64,000 bases of DNA from Escherichia phage Ptacy1479, in sequence record PQ863256.1, one strand, 5' to 3'. Both the position numbers and the translations under genes were made by a program. The notes beneath the pieces were generated by a model. The model did no database searches, had not been told where the DNA came from, and saw only the letters and a list, made by a program, of their open reading frames with translations. Positions 9,549 through 21,084 of the stretch are shown here, piece by piece; the first letter of the stretch is position 1; every line of letters begins with the position of its first letter.

Positions 9549-11204
9549 ATGCAACAGACAACTTACGCTCAGGTCAGAAGTCGTGACCCGAGAAATACTT
9601 TCTATGGTGTTAATCCGGGAGCGGCTTCGGCCTCTCCTTATATGGCTAGACCAACTCAGACAGCAGATATTTCTATGTACCAACGTCCTGCTGTACCTTC
9701 ATCTCTTGCGGGTCTTGTCTCTCAGGCAGAAGAAGATCAGAATGCTATGATTAATCCTGGATTCCAGCAACGTCTTATGGAACAGCAGAATCAAGGAACC
9801 CCTACCAGTCTTCAGGGTATTGACATTGGAGCACCAGCCCCTGTAGTGGCTAATCCTAACCTATCCACTGATCAAGGTTTACAAGATGCAGGGCTTATGC
9901 CTAGTGACCCTCTTCCGGTAACACCTCCCCCTAAACCACTAGAAGCTGGTCCTATGGAGTTTACTCCCTCTCAGGTGGAACAGGCACAAGGTGTGATTAA
10001 CACTCTTGCTCAAGGACAAGACACTGGTGATGGGATGGCTGCTGCTACTCGTGCTAAAGATCAAGAACGTGTTAACAATGATATCTTACAGGTTGCGAAA
10101 GCTAAAGACCCCTCAGAAGCTTGGAACAAACTACAGAAAGAACCATTCTACCAAAACTCTAGTTTCTATACAGGTTTGATGGGTGTAGGTCTTTCAATCA
10201 TGTCAGGTAAGTCTCCTATCGAAGCTTTCCAGATTGGTCAGGGAATGGCTAATCAGGATGAGACTAAGAAACAACTAGAAGCTAACCGTGATGCTCTGAT
10301 AGAACAAGGTTTCTCTCAAGACTCAATTGCAGCTGCTATTGCTAATGGAGACCCGTCCCTGCTGAAGATGAAGGCTGTAGACCCTGCTCAGAAAGAAGCG
10401 TTGTATGCTGCTCGTGAAGAACGACAGAATGCTGAATGGGATAGACGTCAGCAGATTCAAGAACAGACTATGCGTGAGCGTGCTGATGAAACTCGTCGTG
10501 CCGCTGAAGAAAGAGCCAACATGAACTTCGAACGTCAGAAAGAACTTATTGGTTATCGTGATCAAGTTAAGGCTGAACGTGCTGAACAAGCTGCTCAGAG
10601 TTTTAACTTTAACCCGAAAGAAGTTCGTCTTGCTCAGAACACAGCTGAAGGTACAGTTGCTAAGCAGTGGGCAGAGAAAGGTGGTCTGTTTAACCAGTCC
10701 AACAAAGACTTGGATTTGGCTGACAAGGCTGTTAAGGATAAAGATTACCAGACAGCTCGTTCTGCTTACATGCAGGCTATCATGAACTCCGCAAGGGCTG
10801 AAATCGGTGCTACTCGTTCTCTTACCGAAGAAGACTTGGGGCACTTTGCAGAAGACCCATCAATCTTTGTTCGTGTTGGCAACAAGTTTGCACTGAAATC
10901 TGGGTGGCGTCCTACTGATTCAGCTCTTGCTTATGCTCGCAAGCAAGCTAACGTTGGTCACACCTCTGCAATGAAAGGCGTTGCTGATGCTAAGAGAGCT
11001 ACTATCGAAGCGTACATTGGTTCAGGTATGGATAAGAAGAGAGCTACTGCATTGGTTAACCGTGCAATTCCTTCTGGCGGTTTCTATGACCCTCTCGGTG
11101 TTTTCTCTGATGAAGCAGAAGAGTATGTTGGTGGTGCAGCAACCAACCCTAAACTGAACGGTGCTTTATCGGCTGTTGAAGACACTAGCTGGTTCACGCA
11201 ATAA
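9549..11204 (+). CDS. virion or ejection protein (unknown function)
   Basis: 551 aa ORF in structural block, charged coiled-coil-like C-terminal half. Confidence 0.4.
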   Translation: MQQTTYAQVRSRDPRNTFYGVNPGAASASPYMARPTQTADISMYQRPAVPSSLAGLVSQAEEDQNAMINPGFQQRLMEQQNQGTPTSLQGIDIGAPAPVVANPNLSTDQGLQDAGLMPSDPLPVTPPPKPLEAGPMEFTPSQVEQAQGVINTLAQGQDTGDGMAAATRAKDQERVNNDILQVAKAKDPSEAWNKLQKEPFYQNSSFYTGLMGVGLSIMSGKSPIEAFQIGQGMANQDETKKQLEANRDALIEQGFSQDSIAAAIANGDPSLLKMKAVDPAQKEALYAAREERQNAEWDRRQQIQEQTMRERADETRRAAEERANMNFERQKELIGYRDQVKAERAEQAAQSFNFNPKEVRLAQNTAEGTVAKQWAEKGGLFNQSNKDLDLADKAVKDKDYQTARSAYMQAIMNSARAEIGATRSLTEEDLGHFAEDPSIFVRVGNKFALKSGWRPTDSALAYARKQANVGHTSAMKGVADAKRATIEAYIGSGMDKKRATALVNRAIPSGGFYDPLGVFSDEAEEYVGGAATNPKLNGALSAVEDTSWFTQ

Positions 11205-11224
11205 GACCTAAGTCCTGCCTTCTA

Positions 11225-11233
11225 TAATGTATA
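11225..11233 (+). promoter_or_regulatory. TAATGTATA promoter-like motif upstream of large virion gene
   Basis: Motif TAATGTATATAGG lies about 40 nt upstream of ATG 11272; same core recurs upstream of four other genes. Confidence 0.4.
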
Positions 11234-11271
11234 TAGGGGGTAGGACATTTTTATTTATAAAAGGAGACGTT

Positions 11272-14200
11272 ATGGCTAACATTAAACCGTGGGAAGAAGC
11301 TTCCAAAGCTCCTGCGTATCTGAATGCCTCTCCGGAGCAACAAGCTCAAATGAGAGAACAATATAAGGCAGCAGGTGGCTCTATTCCTGAGGAACAACCA
11401 GTAGCACAACCACAACAAGAAGAACGTGGTGCTATAGGTGAGTTTGCTCAAGGTGTGTCAAATGCTCTTCAATCTGGTGGTGCAAATATTGCAGCTAGTG
11501 CTGCTAAAGGTATTGGTGGTTTAGTTGAGATTGGTGAGAATCTAGCTGGAACACAAACTAGTTATGGTAAGCGTATCCAAGAGAACTCTCAGAACCTTCT
11601 GAAAGAGCGTATGGATAAGATTGAGGATGGGGTTGGTAAAACTGTTGGTCAGTATGCTGGCGTTGCTGGTGATATTGGTATGACTGTTGCTAACCCATTG
11701 GCTGCTGCTGCTATCATCGCAGGTCGTGAGACAGGCCGTGCATACGCAGACCAAACCCCTGAAGAGGGAGAAGATAAGTCTATTCTAGATGCGGCCTTAG
11801 TGGGTGGTGCTAACTATGCGGCTCAGAGAATCCTTCCGGGTGCTGTTGGTACGGCTGAGTCCACACTTGGACGTATTGGTCAGAACGTTGCTAGTAACGC
11901 AGTGGCTGGTGCTAAAGGTGGCGCTCTTGTCGGTGCTGCTGAAGTTCAGAACAAGTATGGCGATGATAATGATCTAGCTAAGACATTGGAAGGTGTTATC
12001 GAAGAAGGTGCTATGGGTGCTGCATTCGGTGGTGCAGTTGGTGGGGTTCATGGTTTGATTAGCCGTCCGGATTCTGCTGTCTTCAAGAATACTCCAGAGT
12101 ATGCGAAGACTGATATTGCTGCTGATGATGAACTAATTCGCAGTGCTAAGAATATTGATGAATTGAAAGAAGCCTATTCTAAAGCTGAAACTGCTAACGC
12201 TGCTTCTGCTCTGAATCTTCTGGATGAGAATGGATTCCGTATTACAGATGCTGTTGCTGTAGATTCTCCTGCTGCTCAGCGTATTCTTAATACTGACCAA
12301 GCTCGTGCTGAGAAGGCTGCTTCCGTTCAGAAAGAACATTCCAACATTCCGGGCCTTAATCCTTTAGCTTCTCCTGCTAAGACTCGTGGTAAAGCCTTCG
12401 CTGATAACGAGCACAACCAGAAGCAGGCTGTTGCTATGAAGGATGCAATGGCTGATTACACCAAAGACAACACTAAAGCTCTTACGGATGTTCTAGATAA
12501 CCTAGACCGTGAATTAACATCTCTCCGAGCTTCTGGTGATTTTACTGGTAGTCCGATTGATATTAAGAATCGTACACAAGCCGACCGTGACTTCATTGAT
12601 GCTTACAAGACTTTCTACAACGAAGCAAACAGATTCAAAGCTCGTGAAGGTGAAGACTTTAACAACTTTGTAGAGAAAGCTGCTGAACTACAGAAGATGG
12701 CTGATAATGTCTCTCCAGAGATGAAGAAAGCTATCAGTGGGTTGAAGAAACTGAAAGGTATGCCTGAAGGTTTTAATCCTATCCAAGATGCTTACACTCT
12801 GAACAATACAGCTAAGTTCATGAGCAACCAAGATCGTGGTTGGACTTCCCTGACTGATGATGGATTCCGTGAGGCTTCTTCACCTAGTCTGGTAATGAAT
12901 ACTCTTGGTGCTGCTAAGTATGCTCTGAATCGCTTCTCTTCTCAGCGTGCTCGCTCTCAACGTGTTAAGCAACAAGAGTCTAACAGTGAAGCTATCCGCT
13001 CTCTTGCTCGTGGTGATTTGGAAGTTGCTCGTGCTAAATCTACTGCCGAGGAAGCTCGTGCTAGGATGGAAGAAGAACCAGTTGTTGATGACATTAAATT
13101 TAAGACGCAAAATGACGTAGAAACCGAACCGGTTCGGGAGCCTTCTTCTAGTACTGTGACGGAAGAAAATCTTCCTTCTTCTGCTCCTCAAGAAACTCCT
13201 CTTACAGCTCGTGATTTAGTTGCTCAAAGACGTGCTATCCGTCAGGCTGAACAGCGTCGCGCTGAAGAAGAGGCAGCTGCTGCTCAAGAAGCTCCGGTCG
13301 AACAAGCTCCACAGGCTGAACCTCTCCCTGCTCGTAACCCTCTAGAGGAGCGTCGTGCAATGGAACAGCAACGTGCTCAAGAAGAGGCCGCACAGGCTCC
13401 AGAACCAGCCGTAGAGGAACCAACAGTCAAAGCTGAGCCATTACCTGCTCGTGCTCCTAAAGCTCCTAAGGAAGCTGTACAGGACGTTAAACCGGCAAGT
13501 GGTGTAGAACGTTTAGCTGCTATGTCTAGTGCTGCTCGTCAGGCTACCAAAGATCGTGCAGAACGTTTTGCCCGTTCTCTGTACTCTAAGGCTGCTAAGG
13601 CTAAAGCTACTGCTGAAAACTTCTTGGCTTATAAGGGTGATCCTAAGGAATTGATGCGTCGTATTCGTCAGGAAGACAATGCTATCAATACTGAACGTCA
13701 TGAAGAAATGGCTCGTAACCAGCTGGCTTCTCAGCAAGGTATTGCTACTGCTAAGAACAACACTGTACGAACTAATTTTGCTGAATGGGTTAAAGAACGT
13801 GGTCTGCCAGAAGACATTGCTACTAAGGCATTACGTGCTGAAGAGAAAGGTTTAGGTGGGAACGTAACTAACTTGGATAGTCTGAAACGCCGTGCTGAAA
13901 GGTTGTATCAGAAGCAGCGTGAGGATGAATTTGATAGACTGTACCAACAGGCTCTAGAAGAGAACAAAGCTTTCGATAACAAGAATGCTCCTAAACTGAT
14001 TGACCAGAAGAAAGAGCTTCAGTCCGAGATTGACGCTTTGATTGATTCAGAACCTTTACGTCCTGCTCAGAAAGATGCTATGCGTAAGCTGATGAATGAT
14101 TTTGTAGATGGGAAGTTTAAATCTTCAGAGAAGGCTGGTAGGGAAGAGGCTTTGGAAGTTGGTCAGATGAAGGATATTTGGGATGGGTTTATTAATACCT

Positions 14201-15693
14201 ACAACAGAGAAGTGAATGCCTTCAACAAAGCTAACAAGAACTCTCAGTACGAAGCTGCTGCTAAGCACTTACAGGCTCGTGAAGAACGTCTTGCTACCCT
14301 CAGGAAAAAGGCTCAGGCTCGTTCAGATGCTAAGGCTGCTGTTGAGAATGAACGTAAAACTCTAGAGGCTATTGCAGCTCAGAAGAGTGAGATTGAGAAG
14401 ATGATGGAAGGTTTACCTAAACCTGTTCGTGAGGCTCAGGAATCTCGTACATTGAAACAGTTGGCTGCTCACCACGATAAGAATTCTCCAGTTCCTCCAG
14501 AGAAATTCCGTAGTTATATTGAACGTATCCACAACGCCGAGTCAGATTACCTTGATCGTCAGCGTCGTTTAACTGATGCAGAGGAAGATGCTCGTCAGGC
14601 TAAGTGGAATAAGATGTATGAGCAAGCGGAAGAGATGAACCGTAAGTTTGATGTGGACAAGAGAGTTAAGCGCAGTGAAGAGCTTAAAGCGGCCCAAGAG
14701 CGTGAGAATGACCTTATGGCAGTACAACGTCAACGTGATGACATTCATCGCCGCCTGATGCGTACTATGGAAGATAAGGGCATATCTAGAGAGGATGCTG
14801 AAGCATTTGCTGGTTCCTATATGGACAACCGTTATGCACTTCTTGAGAAGCCTATGACTCCTACTGAACATCAGAATGCTCGCTCTCGTATCGAAGCTGA
14901 TGTTGAGAAGTTTGCTAAGAAGTACGAATCAATGACTCCTATCGAGAAAGAGATTGTTAAGGTTACTGGAGATACTGAAGGTAAGCTTGATAACTTGGAT
15001 GCGGATACTAGGAAGGCTATTGAGGAGGCTCAGAAGGTTGACTCTGATATTAAGAAACTGCAAGAGGAAGAGATGGAGATGGAGAAGATTCGTTCTGCTC
15101 TGCCTGACGATGAAAGATCTCAAGCAAATTCTGATATCTTGGAAAGCATTAAACAACAGGAAGAGGTCTTTGCTGATAAAGTAGAGAAAGCTTTCTTGAG
15201 TGGGAAAAGCTTGGATGAATTGGTTAGTGTGGCTGAAGTTTTAGACAGGGTTCATGGTGCAGATAAGGCTGGTAACAACCGTCGCTTTGTACGTGCATTG
15301 CAGACTGCTGCTGAAAACAAGAAGAAGTATGGTGATAATCCGGTAGCTTGGTTTAGTGCTGATGATTACTCTGCCATTGCTAAACTTGGTGCTTCTTCCG
15401 CAGGTGGTAACAAATCCAGAGCACTGGAGAAGATCTTTGGTTCTACAGCTGAACAGGCTAAGAGTAAGTTGCTTGGTAGGGATGATGTAGCGAAGATGAG
15501 ACGTGTGATTGAAGAGAACCCTGATATTAAGATTCCTTCTTACAAGACAACGAATCGTACTGAGTACTTGCAGTTCTTGGAGAAGTTTAATGACGAAGGG
15601 AAGCCGAAGATTAAACGTGGCTCATTGTCAGAGAAGCTTGAACGCAGTAAGCGTCAATCGAGACTCCGTGTAAGAGTTCGACCTAAGGAGTGA
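11272..15693 (+). CDS. very large charged coiled-coil virion or ejection protein
   Basis: Start at ATG 11272 with RBS AAAGGAG; about 1470 aa, E/K/R/A-rich with internal AEPLPAR(N/A)P repeats; function unassigned. Confidence 0.45.
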   Translation: MANIKPWEEASKAPAYLNASPEQQAQMREQYKAAGGSIPEEQPVAQPQQEERGAIGEFAQGVSNALQSGGANIAASAAKGIGGLVEIGENLAGTQTSYGKRIQENSQNLLKERMDKIEDGVGKTVGQYAGVAGDIGMTVANPLAAAAIIAGRETGRAYADQTPEEGEDKSILDAALVGGANYAAQRILPGAVGTAESTLGRIGQNVASNAVAGAKGGALVGAAEVQNKYGDDNDLAKTLEGVIEEGAMGAAFGGAVGGVHGLISRPDSAVFKNTPEYAKTDIAADDELIRSAKNIDELKEAYSKAETANAASALNLLDENGFRITDAVAVDSPAAQRILNTDQARAEKAASVQKEHSNIPGLNPLASPAKTRGKAFADNEHNQKQAVAMKDAMADYTKDNTKALTDVLDNLDRELTSLRASGDFTGSPIDIKNRTQADRDFIDAYKTFYNEANRFKAREGEDFNNFVEKAAELQKMADNVSPEMKKAISGLKKLKGMPEGFNPIQDAYTLNNTAKFMSNQDRGWTSLTDDGFREASSPSLVMNTLGAAKYALNRFSSQRARSQRVKQQESNSEAIRSLARGDLEVARAKSTAEEARARMEEEPVVDDIKFKTQNDVETEPVREPSSSTVTEENLPSSAPQETPLTARDLVAQRRAIRQAEQRRAEEEAAAAQEAPVEQAPQAEPLPARNPLEERRAMEQQRAQEEAAQAPEPAVEEPTVKAEPLPARAPKAPKEAVQDVKPASGVERLAAMSSAARQATKDRAERFARSLYSKAAKAKATAENFLAYKGDPKELMRRIRQEDNAINTERHEEMARNQLASQQGIATAKNNTVRTNFAEWVKERGLPEDIATKALRAEEKGLGGNVTNLDSLKRRAERLYQKQREDEFDRLYQQALEENKAFDNKNAPKLIDQKKELQSEIDALIDSEPLRPAQKDAMRKLMNDFVDGKFKSSEKAGREEALEVGQMKDIWDGFINTYNREVNAFNKANKNSQYEAAAKHLQAREERLATLRKKAQARSDAKAAVENERKTLEAIAAQKSEIEKMMEGLPKPVREAQESRTLKQLAAHHDKNSPVPPEKFRSYIERIHNAESDYLDRQRRLTDAEEDARQAKWNKMYEQAEEMNRKFDVDKRVKRSEELKAAQERENDLMAVQRQRDDIHRRLMRTMEDKGISREDAEAFAGSYMDNRYALLEKPMTPTEHQNARSRIEADVEKFAKKYESMTPIEKEIVKVTGDTEGKLDNLDADTRKAIEEAQKVDSDIKKLQEEEMEMEKIRSALPDDERSQANSDILESIKQQEEVFADKVEKAFLSGKSLDELVSVAEVLDRVHGADKAGNNRRFVRALQTAAENKKKYGDNPVAWFSADDYSAIAKLGASSAGGNKSRALEKIFGSTAEQAKSKLLGRDDVAKMRRVIEENPDIKIPSYKTTNRTEYLQFLEKFNDEGKPKIKRGSLSEKLERSKRQSRLRVRVRPKE

Positions 15694-15699
15694 TAAAAG

Positions 15700-15742
15700 A
15701 AAAGCCCTCAAGGAGAAATCCAAGAGGGCTTTATTTGTTTCT
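15700..15742. terminator. bidirectional rho-independent terminator at convergence of + and - gene blocks
   Basis: Stem GCCCTC...GAGGGC followed by TTTATTTGTTTC on + strand and a T-rich run on - strand, directly after stop of 11272..15693. Confidence 0.5.
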
Positions 15743-16057
15743 AAGTTTTAAAAACCATCAAATTCGTCATACATCCCAATTCTCTTCAGAGGTCTGGATG
15801 TTCATCTTCAAAGCACCCTGAGATGCCTCCGTAGAACCAATCTGATTTACTTCCAAGAATAACAACCTCTTCATTCATATAACCCCCTTAGATTGTGTTT
15901 ATAAAATTAATAAGCTTCTCTTCACTTTCATCAAAAGCTTTTCCAGCTGCTTCCATCTCCCAAGTATCGGCATTGTCAATAAAGCTCTGAGCTTCTAATA
16001 GATCGTGGATTAAGTCGAAGAGTTTATTTTTATCTGATTGTGTGATCATGTCAGTTC

Positions 16058-16282
16058 CTAGATTAAATCGTAATACTGAATAATGTCAGAGAGTTTGAAC
16101 TCTCGAACCTCATCTTTCTCTACATCTATCGCTGTCATAATCCAACAAGGTTTGCCACCATTATGAAAACGGGAGCTAGCAACGGAGGTTCGGAGTGGAA
16201 TAACGGACCGGTCAGCAACCTCGCCTCTCCAATTGCGATAGCGAAAGCGAAGCACTTGTTGCGTAGATTTTTGATCATCACT
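16058..16282 (-). CDS. hypothetical protein
   Basis: ORF starting at internal Met (MSDDQK) abutting upstream HNH gene stop. Confidence 0.3.
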   Translation of the reverse strand, partial: SDDQKSTQQVLRFRYRNWRGEVADRSVIPLRTSVASSRFHNGGKPCWIMTAIDVEKDEVREFKLSDIIQYYDLI

Positions 16283-16679
16283 CATTTCCTTTTTTGAATT
16301 GTTTTCTTGCATCATTTTCCATCTTAGTTTTAATCTTATGACAAGGGTCTTTACACAGAACTTGAAACCCATCTTTCTCACACAGAGCACGAGAGATTAT
16401 TTCATCCCAAGTGGCTTCATGGTCAAGAGGAACTATAGGCTCTATGTGATCAATAGCCATATCCTTTACAGGGTGGTCAGAACCACACATGGCACACTTA
16501 AAGTGCATTGCCAGTCTACCTGTCTTTGGATTAATCTTCTGCTCTGTCTTGGCGTCTGCTAGTGCATCGAACATGGGCTTCCACTTTCTAGTCAGAGAAC
16601 GAATCCCTGACTTGATGAAAGAGTTGTAACGAGCTTCAGTCCACATTCCACTACAGCGAGTCTTCTCAGACTTCGCCAT
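16278..16679 (-). CDS. HNH endonuclease
   Basis: Cys/His pattern CAMCGSDHPVKDMAIDHIEPIV...LCKDPCHKIK consistent with HNH nuclease motif. Confidence 0.55.
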   Translation of the reverse strand: MAKSEKTRCSGMWTEARYNSFIKSGIRSLTRKWKPMFDALADAKTEQKINPKTGRLAMHFKCAMCGSDHPVKDMAIDHIEPIVPLDHEATWDEIISRALCEKDGFQVLCKDPCHKIKTKMENDARKQFKKGNE

Positions 16680-16858
16680 AATCAGCTTCTTCCCAAACTC
16701 GTTTGTTTACACGATGGCTCACTTTGCCCTCACGAGGAATACGACCAGTTCGCTGATCAAACAGTTGATGTTTAATCTTTTGGTCTTTACGAGATTCACG
16801 ATTGGAGGAGTTTTCATCATATGAACGATAATCAAATTTACCCATTATAATATCCTTA

Positions 16859-17677
16859 TTACCAAGATTTATCTAACCATGTCCAGTCGAACAGGTCTTC
16901 CGGAGTCTGACCAACAAAGAGTAGCCGAGCATTCTCAAGCATCTTCTCTTCATCTTCAGTATCGAACTTCTTATAATATTCCATTCGTACTATATGATAC
17001 ATGGTCCACTTATCTGTAACACCAGCCAATAGTTTAGCTGCTGCTTTCTTCCCTATTCCTTGACGTCGAAGCTGGAGCTTACCACCCCACATAACTTCTT
17101 TACGTTCTCCACACCCGGGGATATTATCTGTACCATCTCCAATAAGCATCTGATAGAAGAAATTTTGCCATGAAACTAAATCAGATACGTAGTGAGGAGG
17201 AACCTCTTTCTGTCTTTCTCCACAAGCCCAACGATAATGCCATCCGGGAGTTATCAACAAATCTTTGTCTCTAGTACAGATGATAGTGTTCTTATCTCTA
17301 CGTTGCCTTTCAGCTAGTGCATCATCAGCCTCTCTCCCAAATACATCTATGTATTCATATTTACCTTTAATGTAATCACCAACGTTTTGCCAGTGAAAAG
17401 GCCTTTCTCCGGGAGGTCTATTTGCTTTGTAGTCTTGCTGCTTAGCAACATCGAAACGGAAGTTACCACCTTCGCTGAAGTAGAACACAATCTTACTACA
17501 ACCTGATCGAGCTATGATTGTATCAATCTTATACTGAAGTCGTTCAATCATGAAATTGTAATCAACTGGAACACGTCCTGTGTCAAGAAAGGGATGCTCC
17601 TGAGTAAGAGCACCCACTTCATATCGAAGAACGTCAGCATCCACTATAGCTACTTCAGGGAGCTTAACGTCTTCCAT
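16859..17677 (-). CDS. 5'-3' exonuclease (FEN-type / T7 gene 6-like)
   Basis: Motifs IVDADVLRYEVG and IGDGTDNIPG typical of 5'-3' exonuclease PIN and H3TH regions. Confidence 0.7.
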   Translation of the reverse strand: MEDVKLPEVAIVDADVLRYEVGALTQEHPFLDTGRVPVDYNFMIERLQYKIDTIIARSGCSKIVFYFSEGGNFRFDVAKQQDYKANRPPGERPFHWQNVGDYIKGKYEYIDVFGREADDALAERQRRDKNTIICTRDKDLLITPGWHYRWACGERQKEVPPHYVSDLVSWQNFFYQMLIGDGTDNIPGCGERKEVMWGGKLQLRRQGIGKKAAAKLLAGVTDKWTMYHIVRMEYYKKFDTEDEEKMLENARLLFVGQTPEDLFDWTWLDKSW

Positions 17678-17678
17678 A

Positions 17679-18205
17679 TTATTCTCCTAGCAGCTTACGT
17701 ATTCCATTGCGGAAATTATCGTACTCTTCAGGGTATTCAAACCCACACTCAAGAAGAGCATAGTGAACAACCTTCAACAAATCCTGAACCTTATTCTTAT
17801 CTTTGTGTCGATAAGCATATTTGATCATGTTGGTTTGTTGGAAGTTCAACTGTGGGTTTGCATGATAAAACTCAACAGGTTGAATGATTTTAGATTCCGG
17901 GTTATAGTGTGCCCCACCAACCATAGTATCTAAAGCTGGACTTCTTTTGCTGGTTTGTTCGGTTGTAGGCTTAAAACTAACCACAGGAACAGATGAGTAG
18001 ATTGGGTATTCTTCGCCTACTGGTGGTTTTACTATCAACCTTTTCATTGTATACCGAATCTCTGTATCAGAGGAACCGGATGAAATCTCTTCAATAGATT
18101 TACGATAACTGTCAATAATTGCACGTAACATAGAGATTGTTTTAGTCTTCTCTTTTAATTTCTCTGTTAGTACAATAACTTCTGCTTTTTTGGATTCAAA
18201 CTCGG

Positions 18206-18215
<10 letters not shown>
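17679..18215 (-). CDS. hypothetical protein
   Basis: 178 aa ORF, translationally coupled neighbours. Confidence 0.4.
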
Positions 18216-19499
<1,284 letters not shown>

Positions 19500-19744
19500 A
19501 ATGCATCTCTTTATAAACAGTTTCCGTGTTCTTCTTCCAGTTAGATAAACCGGTAAGAACTCTCTGAGCAACTTCATCAGCTGCCCTACTTCTTTCAATC
19601 TCTAACTCTTGTTGATGCTTTTCTTTATCCAGATTGTTACTGTCTGTTCTGTACTCATTAAACTTCATGCCACCAAAGAATACAAGAGCTGAAAAGATAA
19701 CAAATCCTAGATTATCACTTAAAGTGCTTTGCATATTGTCTCCA

Positions 19745-19770
19745 ACGAAAAAAGCCACCCGGAGGTGGCT
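19745..19770 (-). terminator. rho-independent terminator
   Basis: - strand stem AGCCACC-TCCG-GGTGGCT followed by TTTTTTCG, directly downstream of SSB-like gene. Confidence 0.45.
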
Positions 19771-19791
19771 AAGCTATAACAAGGAGAGTTA

Positions 19792-20538
19792 TTAGAATGG
19801 GCTATCGTTGTCGTCTTCATAAGTAGAAGCAGGCTCTTTATCAATCGTAGGGATTGAAGGGGTAGCTTCTTTCTGCTCTGTTTCAGAAGCACGAGTAATT
19901 TCACGACCAGCCAGAGGCATGTTCTTAGCGTCATTAGCTTGAGTAAGCAGGTTGCGCTGGAACGGGAACATCAGTTGATAGGATGCTACGTTCTCATCGG
20001 TTTCAGCATACGGTTCGAAGAATACCAGAGGACTACGAGCTTCACCAACTGCTGCACGATATTTGGTTGGGATTGGAGAAATGGTCTTGATGGAGTTTTT
20101 AACTTCACCAGCTTTGTTAGTATAAGAGTTAACCAGAATGTTAACAGGCTGACCTAACAGAACATCCTTGAACCAAGACAGATCACCTTTCAGTGCTTGA
20201 ATGCTTGGGTCAATCATCTTGCAAAGATCAAGAATACCAGAGTTCTTAGCTCGTGGGTTTACATCATAGCTCTTGAACTGGCAAGCCGGACGTGGTTCTA
20301 ATGCCTTACCATCGGAATCTTTACCAGTAGCATCAACACCAATCAGCTCGAAAGCCAAATCCATACGGAAAGCCGGATTCTTAGGGGTTACTGCTTTGGT
20401 CTTCGGGTCAATCCAAGGGTCACGATTGTGAACACCCAAACCTACTACACGAACGATACGTGCTTCGTATTCACCATCAGGGATTACATCGTAGTTGGAT
20501 TTACGGGAAGCAGTTGCGATAGTTGGAATCATAGACAT
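19792..20538 (-). CDS. single-stranded DNA-binding protein (T7 gp2.5-like, tentative)
   Basis: 248 aa with acidic C-terminal tail ending EDDNDSPF, analogous to the acidic Phe-terminated SSB tail; located in replication block. Confidence 0.45.
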   Translation of the reverse strand: MSMIPTIATASRKSNYDVIPDGEYEARIVRVVGLGVHNRDPWIDPKTKAVTPKNPAFRMDLAFELIGVDATGKDSDGKALEPRPACQFKSYDVNPRAKNSGILDLCKMIDPSIQALKGDLSWFKDVLLGQPVNILVNSYTNKAGEVKNSIKTISPIPTKYRAAVGEARSPLVFFEPYAETDENVASYQLMFPFQRNLLTQANDAKNMPLAGREITRASETEQKEATPSIPTIDKEPASTYEDDNDSPF

Positions 20539-20597
20539 ATTGTAATTTCCTTATTTAGTTTGAAAGATTGTTGCTCTCTTTGAGCGGTTATGTATAG

Positions 20598-20606
20598 TAT
20601 ACATTA
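20598..20606 (-). promoter_or_regulatory. TAATGTATA promoter-like motif (palindromic with + strand TTATGTATA at 20588..20596)
   Basis: - strand TAATGTATACTATACAT about 55 nt upstream of SSB-like gene start. Confidence 0.35.
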
Positions 20607-20669
20607 CGCTTATACCGATAAGAGTACTATATAATATAAGTATCTTTGGTAGTAGATATAACACACTAG

Positions 20670-20678
20670 TAATGTATA
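20670..20678 (+). promoter_or_regulatory. TAATGTATA promoter-like motif on + strand inside a - strand gene region
   Basis: + strand AGTAATGTATATATTGTATAG in a 415 bp intergenic region; orientation is antisense to flanking genes. Confidence 0.3.
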
Positions 20679-21084
20679 TATTGTATAGCTGATAAAGTTA
20701 TTGCAGGCTTGTATATTGGGCAATTCACAGAATCCCTTGCAAGTACCGAAGGGCAGGAGCCACCTGCGAGATAAAAATAGAGAATTAAGGAATCCTTGAT
20801 TTAGGTTGTAGGGACTCCTAGGGACTTTGATTCTCTAATTAAAAGAATAATAATTACTTATTACCCAAATAATTAACTAACTTACTTAAACCAAATTCAA
20901 GAATAATAGATAAAAAGATTATTCCTAATAAAGCCAAGAAGTAAACAATATAAGTTACCATTCAAGTAAACCTTTAAAATTAGATTTTTCTACTATCCTC
21001 TGATAACGAAGATTAGAATCAGCTTGTTTCTTTAACATCTCATTATATTGATCTCTGATAGAGTCTTTATGAATTACAGGTTCT

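Noticed and set aside
10323-10844. 173 aa - strand ORF inside the + strand virion gene 9549..11204
   Set aside because: Antisense to a well-supported gene, Ser/Leu/Phe-rich translation, no RBS; likely spurious.
11251-15184. Multiple short ORFs on either strand inside the 1470 aa gene
   Set aside because: All nested within the long reading frame; the composition-biased sequence generates chance ORFs.
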